Positions 11,975 through 26,349 are shown, counted from the first letter of the stretch. The stretch: DNA of 64,000 nt from Octopus vulgaris (GCA_951406725.2 OX597815.1:7750001-7814000), one strand, 5' to 3'. The notes: generated by a model not told the origin, from the sequence alone. A program made the numbers and translations.

Positions 11975-12735
11975 GAGAGGAACGTCTAATAGAAGGGAAG
12001 GGAATGGTGAAGAATAAGTTCTTTCTAAGACAGGAGAGTGTAAGAGAAGGAGGTATGTGTGTGTGCATGTGTGAGTTTGTGCGTGCACACAAGTCTGTGT
12101 GTTTGTATGCGTGTGTAATTGCACGTGTATGTGCGTATGTGTGTGTATGTGATTTTGGCTGTTTATATGTGTATGTGTGAGTGAACTTAATGTTGTAGGA
12201 ATAATTTAGTAGCAGGAGTGGCAGCCTTTTGTGAAGTTGTGTGTCTCTTCACATGTGTGTAGAGGAATGGTTAGTAGAAAGATGTTTGACTAGCAGTTTG
12301 AAGTATGTGTGTGTGTATGTACGTGTGTGCGCGTATGTATGAGTGTTTGTGTGAGGTATGTGTGAGTTTATATGCATGTGCATGTCCGTGAATGTGTTTG
12401 TGTATATGTGTGTGCGCGTGTTAGTGTTAGTGTATATTGCGTGTGTAATGTGTGTGTATGTGTGTGCGTGTGTATATGTGCGTGTGCGTGTGTGCATGTA
12501 CATGTATATATGTATGCGCGCGACTGTATGTGTGTGTATGAGCGAGGGGTTGTGTGTGGAGGTATATTTGCGTTTTTGTGCGTGTATGCGCGTGTGTGTA
12601 TGTATGTGCGTGTGTGCATGTGTGTGTGCATGTTTGTATATGTGTGCGTGTGTGTATGTTAGTGTGTGTATGTGCGTGTGTGTGAGGTGTGTGTGTTAGG
12701 TATGTGTGCATTCCTGTGCGCGTGTGCGCGTGCAT

Positions 12736-13085
12736 GTTAACGTAAAGCTGAAGATAAGCGAAAAAGAGATTATCTACGCTGAACTATTGAGAAATCTGCA
12801 GTTACTCTATCCAGATTACAAGTTCAGGTTTATACTTGTAATTATTGTGTTCCGGGGATATGTAACACACTGCCTGAATACCGATCTTGAGAAATTAGGC
12901 TTCTCTAAACCAGAAAGCTAATTCGAAGACTACAGATCCAATCCATTACTGGAACTGTAAAAATTTCTAAAACTTTCCAGAAGGTTACCATTTAAGTATA
13001 TATGAGCATGTTTAGACATGTAAGGATATACATGAGAATACATACATGAAACAAAACATCCAAATCTGAAAACATACACACAAAT
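12736..13085 (+). mobile_element. RLE-type (R4/Dong-like) LINE 3' fragment
   Basis: KISEKEIIYAELLRNLQLLYPDYKFRF...DLEKLGFSKPE / LIRRLQIQSITGTVKISKTF. Confidence 0.85.
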
Positions 13086-13578
13086 CTGTGTGTTGAGCGC
13101 TCTTTTCGTTACAGCAGCCGCCGAAGCAACACGTATTTGTTCGTCTCCCTGCGGCCATTAGGCACAACTTCATAAGCCAGCCCCATACTCAACTCGTCCT
13201 GTCGAAAGACCCTTGTCCTACGTCCTGGTTTTGTTTTGTTGTTTATTTTTTATTTTTACCGTTATTGTTTTTACGTTTTTGTATTCTTATTGGTGTCACG
13301 TATTCTGTATTTTTGTTCGTGTACTTCGTTCGTTTTCCGTCCTCTTGTTGTATACATTCGAAGCTTTCTTCCAGGGGATCTAATGCCCTTGGCTTAGATT
13401 TCCCTTGGCGGGCTGCCCATATCGGAGCAATCTCAAGATTAATCAGCCGAAATTGCTAAGATGATCTGGTTCTTGACTGATGACTGAGGGCTTCGAATGT
13501 CCCGTCCTGTGGTTCTTGTGTCGTCTCTGTGGCGTTTCATGTTCTTGTCCATGTTTGTAATTATTTTTACTGTTTACC

Positions 13579-13628
<50 letters not shown>

Positions 13629-13783
13629 TGTATGTATGTATGTATGTATGTATGTATGTACGCATGTATGTATGTATGTATTTATGTATGTATGTATGTA
13701 TGTATGTATGTATGTATGTATGTATGTATGTGTGCACGCATTTTTTTCTCTCCTTGTTTCTCTCCGTGTTTCTTTTCTGTGTA

Positions 13784-13821
13784 TCTTTCTGCTGAAGAGC
13801 GTAGGCTCGAAACGTAAAAGA
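13784..13821 (+). ncRNA. Hammerhead-like motif (core CTGCTGA) in pLTR-like repeat 13738-13918
   Basis: TCTTT-CTGCTGA-A-GAGC(GTAG)GCTC-GAAA-C-GTA-AAAGA; homologous to 43470-43630. Confidence 0.55.
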
Positions 13822-13917
13822 CTTGTTTTATTTATATTCCTGAGCGCCATACTAATACAATTGTTTGTTTGTACTCCACCTGCCTTCGTCTTGTGTTTAT
13901 TTTCATAAAGCTTCCCG

Positions 13918-13995
<78 letters not shown>

Positions 13996-14214
13996 GTTTA
14001 TACATTTGTTGTGCAAGATTTTTTATGTGATGTCGTGTGTTGAAACAGATATTGTTATATTTCGGAATGGTCATTTGGCCGAAATAAGATTAAGATTAAT
14101 GTAAAAAAAAAAAATAACACCGAAGCAAAATAACACCAAATATATAGTGCGTGTGCTTTTATTGGCTAAACTGGCAAAATGACCATTCCGAAATATAACA
14201 ATATATATATATAA

Positions 14215-14245
<31 letters not shown>

Positions 14246-14456
14246 TGTATGTATGTATGTATGTATGTATGTATGTATGTATGTATGTATGTATGTATGT
14301 ATGCATGCATGCATGCATGTATGTATGTATGTATGTATGTATGTGTGTGTGTATGTATATAACAAATGAAAGACGGAAGATGCAATATACGAGAATATAT
14401 TATTAATCATAATTGTTTAGACACATCTAGCATCAACTCCTCTTGTTGGACACAAA

Positions 14457-14850
14457 GGAGCATGTCTAGATATGCAACTACATGCATGAGAATACATGAA
14501 AATACATACATAAAACACACAAATCTGCACATACCTACATACATGCATGCATACGTACATACATACATACATGCATACATGAATGCATACATACATACAT
14601 ACAAACATACATACATGAATGCATACATATATATATACATACAAACATACATGCATACATACATACATATACATACATACATGCATGAATACGTACATAC
14701 ATACAAACATACATACATACATACATACATACATACAAAATACCCTGTTGATGTTGAAATTCCAATGAAGGAATCTTAGATCTAGGTTAGAAACCGGTTC
14801 TTTCCTTATTGGCAAGAAATCTTGAAATAAGCTGAATAATGATATACATA
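14457..14850 (+). mobile_element. 3' UTR of the R4-like LINE family with internal (TACA)n
   Basis: GAGCATGT.TAGA...CATGAGAATACAT shared with 13003-13085; ends GTTAGAAACC...AATAATGATATACATAC like the other copies. Confidence 0.7.
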
Positions 14851-15569
14851 CAAACACGCTTACTTCTCTTCTTACTCCAGTTGCGGAGGGTAGGGCAATT
14901 GTCATACTTCTGCAGGGATATCGATTTTAGATAAGTTGTGGATGTTTAGCCTGACGTCAGTCCTAAACCACAAGACTTATGACCAAAAAGCGTTGTGGTC
15001 GTGACCATCCCGTCTTTGTTTTTCAGATAAATAGGAGTAGATCGTTTAATTTGTTGCCTATTTATACAGTCGAGTGAAGGTGAGGTAGATTCGCCTGCTG
15101 TTACTTGCTGATTGCTTGACAAAATAAAGGTTCACTTGTTGGTTGAAATTTAGTGATGTTAATGAAGCAAATGTTGTTTGAACCTGTACGGATGATTTGC
15201 GTAGGTTGGCGAGAGTATTTAAGACCTGGTGGGGAGGAATGATTGGTTGAAGTGTCCAGTGTGCGGTTTTGCGTGGAATGAGATATAGATGAAGAGCAGA
15301 TGAAGAGGCATAGTTGGCTGAAAGGCTACTGCAGAAGACACTTACCCAAGGTGTCGCGCAGCTAGATTGAACATGAAACCACTAGGTGGTGAAGCGAACT
15401 TCTGAGCCACACAGGCGCACGCACGCTCTCACATGTATGTGCATATACATACACACACACGCACATACATACATATATATTTGCATATATACATGCATAT
15501 ATATATATGCACACACATGTATGTATGTATGTATGTATGTATGTATGTATGTATGTATGTATGTATGTA

Positions 15570-15600
<31 letters not shown>

Positions 15601-15617
15601 ATGTATGTGTGTATGTA

Positions 15618-15648
<31 letters not shown>

Positions 15649-15697
15649 ATGTGTGTGTGTATGTATGTATGTATGTATGTATGTATGTGTGTATGTA

Positions 15698-15728
<31 letters not shown>

Positions 15729-15990
15729 GTAAGTATGTATGTATGTATTTATGTATGTATGTAAGTATGTATGTATGTATGTAAGTATGTATGTATGTAT
15801 GTATGTATGTATGTATGTATGTGTGTATGTATATATGTATGTATGTATGTATGTACGTATGTATGTAAGTATATATGTATGTATGTGTGTATGTATGTGT
15901 GTATGTATATATGTATGTATATATATTTATTTATCGAGATTTCTAAGAAATTTATAATTTATCTTATATAATGGCGTTTTCAAACTTCTT

Positions 15991-16085
<95 letters not shown>

Positions 16086-16384
16086 TGTTTGTGTGTGTGT
16101 ATACTTTATTAACTACATAGACTGCCAGAGGTTATGGTCATTAATGTAGACAGAGAACATAAAAAAAAAAACTCCCAGGAGATACTTTTAAAGTTCTCGT
16201 TTTATGGAATGGCTTTACATAAGAAACCCTGGCAGGTAAAGCTGAAAAAATAAACAATCTATGCCGCAGAATCGAACATTTAAATACCGCCATAAAATAT
16301 GAGGTGAATTACACGCGTAAAAAATAAATAAAATATGAGGTGAATTACACGCGTCAGACTCACGAGGGGAAATTTAATTTAAAA

Positions 16385-16781
16385 CTAGCAGTATCACCCG
16401 GCGTTGCTCGGGTTTGTAAGGGAAATAACTATATAAGCATTTTTAGAGTGGTAAAGTATAATAGCCATCTCAATATGGCTAACCACAAAGGGGGGGGGTG
16501 TTACTGTAGCTTTTTACGTTCTGAGATTTAATAATAAATTTTTAGAGAGTTACTTCCCTTATATATGCCAAAAATGCATTGAAAATGGGAAAAATTGATG
16601 GTAAATTTTTTTTAAATCGTAGACTCATCGTAGACGCGCGCTAATACCCAGAAGGGTTCGATATGAATCACGACTATAAGATACCCGGTTTTGGTTAAAC
16701 TGCACCGCAAAATGTGGGAGTAATTAGGAATCTAAATCGTAGGAGACAGACAGCACACAACCTCTCTTTTATATATAAAGA
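16385..16781 (-). mobile_element. Non-autonomous Helitron
   Basis: A|TC start, subterminal hairpin CCCGAGCAACGCCGGG, CTAG|T end, no TSD; same family at 21671 and 36138. Confidence 0.88.
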
Positions 16782-17003
16782 TATGAACTCAAGACGCTAG
16801 CTGAACAATATCCTTACCGGGAAAAAATACTATAACGAGCCTGCACTAACCACTAGTTTGCTTCTAATGCACATGCTGTGCACCGGAGGATGAAGTAAAA
16901 GAGCCCCTTCTCGGGAAGATCATAAAACCATTTTAATCTTGAGCCTGGAATGAAAGGAAATATTTTACCACAATACTTCAAGGTAGAATACTGTACCAAC
17001 ATT

Positions 17004-17413
17004 ACTCTTTTATTTGTTTCAGTCATTTGAATGCGGCCATGTTGGAGCACCACCTTTAACTGTTTTTGCCGAACAAATAAACCTCAGGACTTTTTTAAAG
17101 CCCAGTTCTTATTCTATCGGTCACTTTTGCCGAACCGCTAAGTTACATGAACGTAAACACACCAACACCAGTTATCAAACGGTGGTCGGAAGGGGGAGGT
17201 AAACAGGCACAAAGACACACGCACATAGACATACACACACACACACATACACACACCACGGGCTTCTCTCAGTTTCCATCTACCAAATCCACTCGCAAGG
17301 CTTTGAACGGATCGAGGTCATAGTAGAAGACACTTGCTCAAGATGCCAAGCAGTAGGACTGAACCCAGAACCATGCGGTTGGGAATCAAGCTTTTTACCA
17401 CACAGCCAGGCCT
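17004..17413 (-). mobile_element. SINE family C (diverged)
   Basis: Colinear with family C. Confidence 0.85.
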
Positions 17414-17429
17414 GAAATTAATTTTATAA

Positions 17430-19070
17430 CTGTCATCAATCGTGTGGGAAAACTGTGAAACAGAAAGGCCCATCACTTATCTGATGATTATGAAAGTTCT
17501 CGAAAACTGTTTCAACTAATTCCTTCAAGACCATTTCTGATGAGCAGGCATACGGAAAGAAGGGAGTATGAGGAAGAACGAATAATAAATAAGCCCTACT
17601 GTTAGAAGCAAAAAAAAAAAAAGTCACCACAGAATCCTTCTCGGAATGACATTTGCTCTCTATTCTCCATTCATAGCTGCCGAAATCATTACGTCTAGCA
17701 AAACTACCTGTTGCTTTTTATTTGCTACCATTGACAGGCTAGCATTGAGCTGGTCGATAATTCTCATGCTCAAAGCTGAAAGCGAAACAACTGTCTCTGA
17801 TGTTATAAATATTTCAAAGCGAACATTCTAAGGGAATTCTTTCTGCTAAGGTTCATTTTGTCAGTTCTTTCTTTCATTGCGAACGATCTATGCTACAAAT
17901 ATTTACAAGCGCAGAAACAGCAGGATTTAATATAAAAATTTTCTGTTGATACAGGGACTGAATTTAGGCCTGAACAAATGTTCATATATGTGAGATGAAT
18001 GCGGCAAAAACTGCTACCTAAATCCCTAACCTTTGCCTCAAGGTTTCTACAATGAATGCTACAGATGCTTCAGTACTGATGAAAATATATCACGGAAAGT
18101 TACTTTGAATACAGGTAAACATCTTTTAAAAATATGGGACTCGGATCTTTCTTTTCACACCGAGGCAAGACACTAGAATGCATTTACAGGACCAGTGCTG
18201 ATACACATATTGAGGATACTTGTCTGGTTTGTAGCAGAAATCGGTTCCATAGACAATAAAACCCAGAAGACCGTAACATTAGCTAGAAGCTTCCACTGAA
18301 ACGATGGCAGAAACGTTAGCACGCCGGCCGAAATGCGTAGCCGTATTTCGTCTGCCGTTACGTTCTGAGTTCAAATTCTGCCGAGGTCGACTTTGCCTTT
18401 CATCCTTTCGGGGTCGATTAAATAAGTACCAGTTGCGCATTGGTGTCGATATAATCGACTTGATCCGTTTGTCTGTCCTTGTTTGTCCACTCTATGTTTA
18501 GCTCCTTGTGGGTAGTAAAGAAATAGGTATTATATGATGTGGTGGACTGAAAAGGCTTACGATCAGTAGGGACAGGTTTTGATTGTAGAATAGTATCATT
18601 CGGACTCTATCTGCTAAAAGACAGCAAAAAAAAAAAAAAAAAAATCACCCAAGTACTCAAAAAAGAAGTGAACAGCATGCTGCGGGTCGCTAGTGAACTC
18701 CTGAAGGAACACACACTCCTCGGTGACCTCCCATGTAACTCCAACACTGCCGGATTAACATATCACAGCAAAGATTTGGAAGATAATGACACTACATATT
18801 ATAAAAGGGTTCTGCATGGATAGATTTCAAATAAACTTGAAGATGATACTCGTATCATCATGGCGTGTAATCCACCCACTCCTGGATTCGTGACCGTTAT
18901 ATCATGTGACATCTAGAGGGTTAAGCTTTATCAATATGCATGAAGACACACAGACACACACATTCACATACGACTAGAGTCGTTTCGAACGAAGCCTTCT
19001 CGTCTTGTTCAGTGCAATCACAACTGACAAGAAACTTCAGTCGAATCTGTTGTAGTGTCATCGTTTATAA
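17430..19070 (+). pseudogene. Heavily decayed R4/Dong-like LINE RT region, interrupted by SINE M (18304-18531)
   Basis: Remnants RPITYL, ISDEQAYGKKGV*G, NAFTGPVLIHILRILVWFVAEIGSIDNKTQK, KGLRSV colinear with the 29990-31683 copy. Confidence 0.65.
18304..18531 (+). mobile_element. SINE family M monomer ending in the concatemer junction
   Basis: Ends GTAAAGAAATAGGTATT. Confidence 0.9.
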
Positions 19071-19277
19071 TATAAATAAACGTACAACATTTAACGTTTA
19101 TTTCACGTAGTCTATAATTAATGTACATGAATTCGTTATTTGCTTTCTATACACATACACACATACATACATACATAAATACATACATACATACATACAT
19201 ATATGTATGTATGTATGTATATATATATATATATATATGTATAAATATATATATATGTCTATATATATATATATATT

Positions 19278-19345
<68 letters not shown>

Positions 19346-19431
19346 AATATATATACACATATATATATATCTATATATATATATATTATATATATATATA
19401 TATATAATTTATATATATATTTGTATATTAT

Positions 19432-19476
<45 letters not shown>

Positions 19477-19552
19477 CGAGTACTACTTTTTTCTCCTATC
19501 AACTAGAAATATAAGAAATACGTACTCACAGATATGCATATGCACAAAGATA

Positions 19553-19597
<45 letters not shown>

Positions 19598-19792
19598 TGT
19601 GTGTGTGTTTTGTGTGACATTGCCTGTACCGCAAATAGCAGCGAACCTAGTGTATACTCACAAACGCAAATATATATATATTATTATTATTATCTCCCGC
19701 CTAATGCTTTTTTTATGCTTTTTCTTGATATTTCATTCTCTCTGACTCTCTTTCTTCTTGCATCGTGTATGTACATATACGTGCAGATATGA

Positions 19793-19876
<84 letters not shown>

Positions 19877-19923
19877 GTATGTATATATATGTATATATGT
19901 ATATATATAAATGTGTATGAATA

Positions 19924-20004
<81 letters not shown>

Positions 20005-20011
20005 TTATACT

Positions 20012-20048
<37 letters not shown>

Positions 20049-20053
20049 GAATG

Positions 20054-20145
<92 letters not shown>

Positions 20146-20645
20146 ACAGATATATATATATATGAACATGTATACATGTATACACAAACATACATAGCAT
20201 ACATGCACACATACACACACAAACACATAGATAGGAGTGGAGCTGCTTCTACGTGACTGGAGCCATGGATAACAGACCTAAACGACTTCATCTAATCATT
20301 TCCAGTTTCCTTTGATCTGAAGTTTAAAATTAATGTTTGCTTTCTAAAGAAATCGAAAACAAAAATAATTATTACAAACATCACTACTGCCATCTTTCGT
20401 CTTGAAGCGGTATCACCTCACCTTTACCTTTCACACACCAACCCCGTCACCCACAACCCCGGTATGTTTCATAATTCCTATTTAGATTCAATTAAATTCA
20501 CCGTTTGCCACGTGCGCGCGCACACACACACACACGCGCACTTACATGAACACACGGTCACATTTGTGTATCTTGCTATCGATCTACTTATTTGTCTATC
20601 CTTTGATATCTATATACAAACATATATGTATATATATATATATAT

Positions 20646-20695
<50 letters not shown>

Positions 20696-20770
20696 TTAAT
20701 TAGGCGTCTGTATATGTTTATATTCGCTAACAAAACACGTATGCACTCCATCGGATACATACATACACAC

Positions 20771-20832
<62 letters not shown>

Positions 20833-21379
20833 TGTTGATGTCATACACATACACATACACATATACATAGAACCACACACACGCCGTGTATGTATATATA
20901 TTTTATATAATTATATACTTATGCATGTAATTTTATATAAAGATCAGTGTAACAACAACAACAACATCAACAACAACAGCCACAACAAAATTAATTGCTT
21001 GTAATAAAATCACCATGCCAGCAATTGCAGGCGAAGGGATTAGTCGGCGTAATCGACTAAGCTACCCACCACCACCACGAATGCTTAACTATCATTATAT
21101 TTTATCGACCTCCGAATGGATGAAAAGCAAAGCGGTCCTCGGTAAGATTTGAACTCAGAACATAGAGAACTGAAAGAAGTGCCACTTATGCATTTTGTTG
21201 TTCGTGCCAAAGATTATATCAGTTTTAGAACAAAAAAAAAAAAAAAGACAATGTAAAGATTTCTTTAACAAAAAAAAAGGTAGATTGAAAAAAAGGTAGA
21301 TTGAAAAAAAGGTAGATTGAAAAAAGGTAGACAGATATAAATTGCCATATATGATATTTCTGTTTCTGGTTACCGAGGA

Positions 21380-21610
21380 TACACTGGTGTCAGGTTATTA
21401 AGACTGAAACGTCCGATTTTGAACTGAAAGTTTATTTTTCTCTATCTCAACAAAAAGCAGTTAATCAAAGTATGCACCTAAATTATCAACACAGTTCTGC
21501 CATTTTATCAGAAGCTTATTTATGCCAGCAATGAAGAATTGTGGAGAGCAAGAGGTGATGAAATCACGAAAGGTTGCTTTTGCATCTTCTTCAGATTTGA
21601 AATTTTTCTA
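21380..21610 (-). mobile_element. mariner 3' fragment with probable TIR
   Basis: KNFKSEEDAKATFRDFITSCSPQFFIAGINKLLIKWQNCVDNLGAYFD*. Confidence 0.75.
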
Positions 21611-21670
21611 CTTCTTATAAGATATACACATAAAGGAGGAGTAAATATATCTATCCATATATATATATAA

Positions 21671-22066
21671 CTAGCAGTATCGCCCGGCGTTGCTCGGGTT
21701 TGTAAGGGAAATAACTATATAAGCATTTTTAGAGAGTTATAGCCAAAAAATAGCAAAAAAATGCATTAAAAATGGAAAAAAATGATGGCAAATTTTTTAA
21801 AAAATCGTTGACTCATCGTAGACATTTTTAGAGAGTTACTTCCCTTATATGATAGCGAAAAAATGCATTAAAATGGAAAAAATGATGGTAAATTATTTTT
21901 AAAATCGTAGACTCATCGTAGCCGCGCGCTAATACCCAGAAGGTCTCGATATGAATCACGACTATAAGATACCCGGTTTTGGTTACACTGCACCGCAAAA
22001 TGTGGGAGTAGTTAGGAATCTAAATCGTAGGAGACAGACACACAACTTGACTTTTATATATAAAGA
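21671..22066 (-). mobile_element. Non-autonomous Helitron
   Basis: TC...hairpin...CTAG inserted between A and T. Confidence 0.9.
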
Positions 22067-25000
22067 TAACACTTTGAATGTGGATCCCAACAAAGAGTAA
22101 AAGTAATTAGCCTATCAACGATGGGTATTACTGCTAGTCACTGATAAAATACGATATCGCTGAGGTATATTCCAAGCAGATACTTTCAGTTAATTTCTTG
22201 TCAATCATGTTGAGGAAGTCTGAAGGGTTATCTCATTAGTTCGCAGGGAGACAGGAGTAGCAAGATTACATATTGCTTCTTTGTAAATGACTTGACTCTA
22301 TGTATCAAGAATATGCGTGAGATGCAAAATGAGCCATGGCCTTGTTACACGCCAGATAAGGGCTCTTTTTGATCTCAAATGATACAGGGCTGGAATCTGG
22401 TCTGAATAAATGTTCCTATATGGTTGTAAAGCGAGGGAAAACTGTAAATTGTACTAGAAGGATCTCCATCAATAAGTTGACCTTTTCTCCGTTATTTGAT
22501 GAGGGATACTGCATGTACGTTGGAATAAATGAAAAACATAGCTTATGATGGCACTTGAAATAAGGAGCGAACCACTAAGGAATATCACAACTGGATATGA
22601 AAAATAAGGAACTCAGAACTCCCTGCATACAATAAAACAGTGGCTCACACAGTATTTGCAACACCAGTACTTATGCCAACATCCGGACTACTTGACTGGA
22701 CGAGTGATGCAATCCGAGCGACTGATGTGAAAACCAGGAAGATACTGACGAGCACAAATAATTTTCACATCAACAGTGACACAGACCCATTCTTTCTAAA
22801 AGGAAAACAAGGTGGTACACGTTTAGTTTCAATTCAGGCAGCTTTCAATTTTATCTCATCGGTGACATCTTTTAATCAATGGGTGTCGAAGTGCTTTCAT
22901 TTGTCAAGTCTGCATTCATGAGACAGATTAACTAATGAAACTTGGAAAACAGCTCCCCGCGACATATGCTTTGTCTTATAACCTCTAATACATTCCCAAA
23001 GTAGTCGCAAGACACTGTCGTAAAATATCATCACTGTCGCAATGTATCGTCAGATGAAAGGATGGGTGCTGATCAACATAAGGTCATGCATGGACATGTC
23101 AGTAGAAAGTTCTAGGATGATAGAAATATCGATAGTTAAAACAATCTAATGTGGACCAACAACCGGGTCGCTAACTCTCATTTCGAAAGGGATGCGTTTG
23201 TAATGCAGGAACATGAAATAACTACCAAATTCTTGATGTGCAAAAGGGACAGAAGCGCAGGAAAAAGACTGATATACGATAATCAATGCGGATTTTGTGT
23301 AGTTAACACCGAAAGTATTAGCCACATCAGTTGTCCGAAAGTATCGCCCAATGAGACATGATGATGTGGCCAAGACACTGAACAATGAGATTAGTTGGAA
23401 GGATAAACCTAAGATCAGTGCGGTAGAAGAGTATAGGTGGAAGCATAACGGAAAAGCAATAGAGAAGAGGAATTATGTTCAGTGGTGTGAGTCAGTTGCT
23501 CAGCAGATGTCAATATAAAACTAAAGCTCAACAAAAAAAAGAAGGCATCAGTGCTGAACTATTGAAAGATTTACAGATTTCATCTGGACTACAAGGTTAA
23601 TACCCGTATTTATTGGGGCACTTGGATATGTACCCAAACATCAAGACAAGGAATACTGGTGGAACATTCCCATCAAACTGCCTATCAAGTATAAACGTAA
23701 CAGGCCGAATATTGTTGTTTAGGATAGAACAGGAAAGTATGTGCTGCGATAGGGGTAAGCTATCTTGCCGATGTGAATATCTCTGAAGATCAAAGAGAAA
23801 GAGGATAACAGTGGACAACTGTTTCGAAACCCCCATCTTCTATATCCAGATTATAAATTCATTTTTGTACCAATAATAATTGGTGCACTTGGTTTTGTAA
23901 GTGCCTAAGTGACAGTCTGGATAAGCTAGGGTTTTCGGAAAAAAGAAATCACCCAACTAATTCACATAGAGGACAGATGTTTTTGAAATGGCTATTACTC
24001 AGCCCCGCGGGTGGGGTGGGGTTAACATAACTCTTACAGGTACCATTCGGTCCTTGGTGTCTTAGCTTATTCTTTTTTTTCAGGTGATACCATGGCACTG
24101 TGGACAATAGAGCATCACGTGTTTGCCTACAACTGTTTCGTGAAGAATAACGAGTCCGTCACAGCAGTTCAGCGTGTGTTTCGACGCCACTTTAACATTC
24201 ACCGAAATCAGGCTGTTCCCACTTGTAACACAAGCTTACGTTGGGTGAATGCACTTCGTACACGAGGTACATTGATGAATAGGAGAACGGTGGGGGCGCC
24301 ACGAACGGTACGGACCCAGGAAAACGTGGAACGCATCAGACAAGCTTTGATACGGAGTCCGAATCGCTCTCTTCGGAAGTATTCCACTGAACTTGACATC
24401 GGTAATCGGTCGGTAAGGCGTATTTTGCATAAAAAATCTGCATTTCCAGCCGTACAAATTGGTCGTTGGGTAACAGTTGAAACCATGGGACTATGAACAG
24501 TGGCTTAACTTCGCACGTGAGATGGAAGCAATTTTTAAGGTAAATGACAACCTCATTTTGTTAATGAGTGATAAAGCTCATTTTCATCTCAATGGCATGG
24601 TGAATCAACAAAACTGTCGTTACTGGACTCTTGAAAATCCGAGAGAACTGTACGGAAGACCACTGCACAGCCCAAAAGTGACGGTCTGGTGTGCTGTTGG
24701 AAATGCTACCATCATTGGTCCTAACTTTTTTGAAGACAATCATGGAAATGCTGTTACTGAGAACTCCAAGCGTTACATCGAGATGATAAACAACTTCTTT
24801 TGCTTGAATTACGACGAAAACGTATGCTTATTCGACGTGTGTGATTTCAGCAGGATGGGGCAACGGCCCACTCAGCCACAATACTGGAGAGAGTGGAGGG
24901 CAACTTCCAAGAACGTCTTCAGAAATGCATTAATGAAAACGGACACCACATGATGGATGTTGTCTTTAACACTTGATTCTGCCAAATGCTAATTCAATAC

Positions 25001-25280
25001 GAACACATTGATGTCAATAAAATTTGTTGCAACTAAAATTTGTTGCAACTAAAATTAGTGATTTTGTGAATTTTCCCAAAGTGTCCGTCCTCTTTGCCCC
25101 TCCCTGTACAACCTTTAAGTGGAACAGTAAAAACGTGCAAGACTTTTCTCCAGTTTAAGACATGACATTGTTCTTGTTATCCAGAGGTTTAAAATGTGAC
25201 ATCGTTTTTTCTTATTTACATTGCAACAATGCAGTTTTGTATCTTTGTTAGAAACCAGCTCCTTCCTGCGCCAGAGACAG
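22067..25280 (+). pseudogene. Decayed R4/Dong-like RLE LINE (RT, CCHC, RLE) interrupted by a Tc1/mariner element
   Basis: GIFQADTFS, FVNDL, SHFERDAFVMQEHEI, CGFC..ESISHISCP, RHDDVAK, EYWWNIPIK, IIIGALGFV; resumes after 25108 with LSGTVKTCKTFLQFKT*. Confidence 0.85.
23968..25108 (+). mobile_element. Tc1/mariner-superfamily transposon (DUF4817-type, rosa/DD41D-like), internally deleted
   Basis: ORFs 24092-24953: HTH region, SDKAHFHLNGMVNQQNCRYW, PLHSPKVTVWC, FQQDGATAH; third-D region missing; imperfect TIRs AGAGGACAGATG.. / ..GTCCGTCCTCT..CTGTA. Confidence 0.85.
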
Positions 25281-25295
25281 GATTACTACCGAGAG

Positions 25296-25698
25296 GTAAT
25301 ATTTGTCTCCATGTAAACGTGGATGTTCTGTTAGAACAAGCTATACTGTGGTAAATACCATGAGAGAAACTTTCACATTGGTTAGCGCCGAAACCACCTG
25401 ATCACGTGATTTCGACCTTCCTTGGTATTGTCAGTATATCGCTGGCTGGAAGATGAGTCGCTGTATATCTCCAGTGGTCGAGATCTCATCATTGACAAGG
25501 CCAGGGAAAGTCGAAATCACCAGGTCATCTGGTGGTCTCGGTGCTAGCGGTGGCGAGGATTTATTTCCTCGTTAGCGATATAACCCAGTGTGCATTTTGC
25601 ACCAAAAGCCAATAACAAAGTTCCTCGCAAGGTAAATATTTTTTGCAGTGTAGTTTGTTTTAACAGAACATCCACGTTTAGGTGGGCGTAAATATTAC
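25296..25698. repeat. ~400-bp nested foldback (MITE-like or hairpin RNA)
   Basis: TAAACGTGGATGTTCTG (25314-25330) / CAGAACATCCACGTTTA (25664-25680) plus inner arms 25381-25435 / 25491-25548. Confidence 0.85.
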
Positions 25699-26211
25699 AC
25701 ACCACAATGTCTAAATTTTCAATAGAAATGCTGGTGACTCGTGCATTATAAAAGAAACATTTTGATATTTACAATCACAGAGTGCCAGTGGCTGTGTAGC
25801 TTTCAATTGGCAAAAATTTATTGGAGAATTTCAGCATTCTAGCTTTCATACACGTTTTCTATACTCTCTCTCTCTCCCTCTCCACCTCTCTCTCCCTCTC
25901 CACCTCTCTCTCTCGTAACTCCCACATATTTTTCCATAGTGCGCATCTCTGAACATACGTTTCATATAATGATTTGCTATTGTTTATACTTTGCTAATTA
26001 TTTCAAATTAAGACGCCGGGTTCGATTCCACCGCGGTGCACTCAGGGCAAGTGATTTTTCTACTGTAAGGCTACATTTGATCAACACCTCACAAGTGGAC
26101 TTTGGTAAAGAGGAATGTGTTGAAACCTGTTGATTATACGTACACATACATGCACGTATACATAGTAACATATATATATATATATATACATACATACATA
26201 CATACATACAT

Positions 26212-26246
<35 letters not shown>

Positions 26247-26349
26247 TAATAAAAAAATACACACACAGTACAACCTCGCCGTTCGAGTGCACCATTGTAC
26301 GAGTAATTTTCGGTTTCGATAAAATAAGTACCAGATGTAATCAACTTCG

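Noticed and set aside
21270-21330. Short tandem duplications (also 5686-5717, 16291-16354, 25018-25054)
   Set aside because: Ordinary slippage duplications of 16-27 bp
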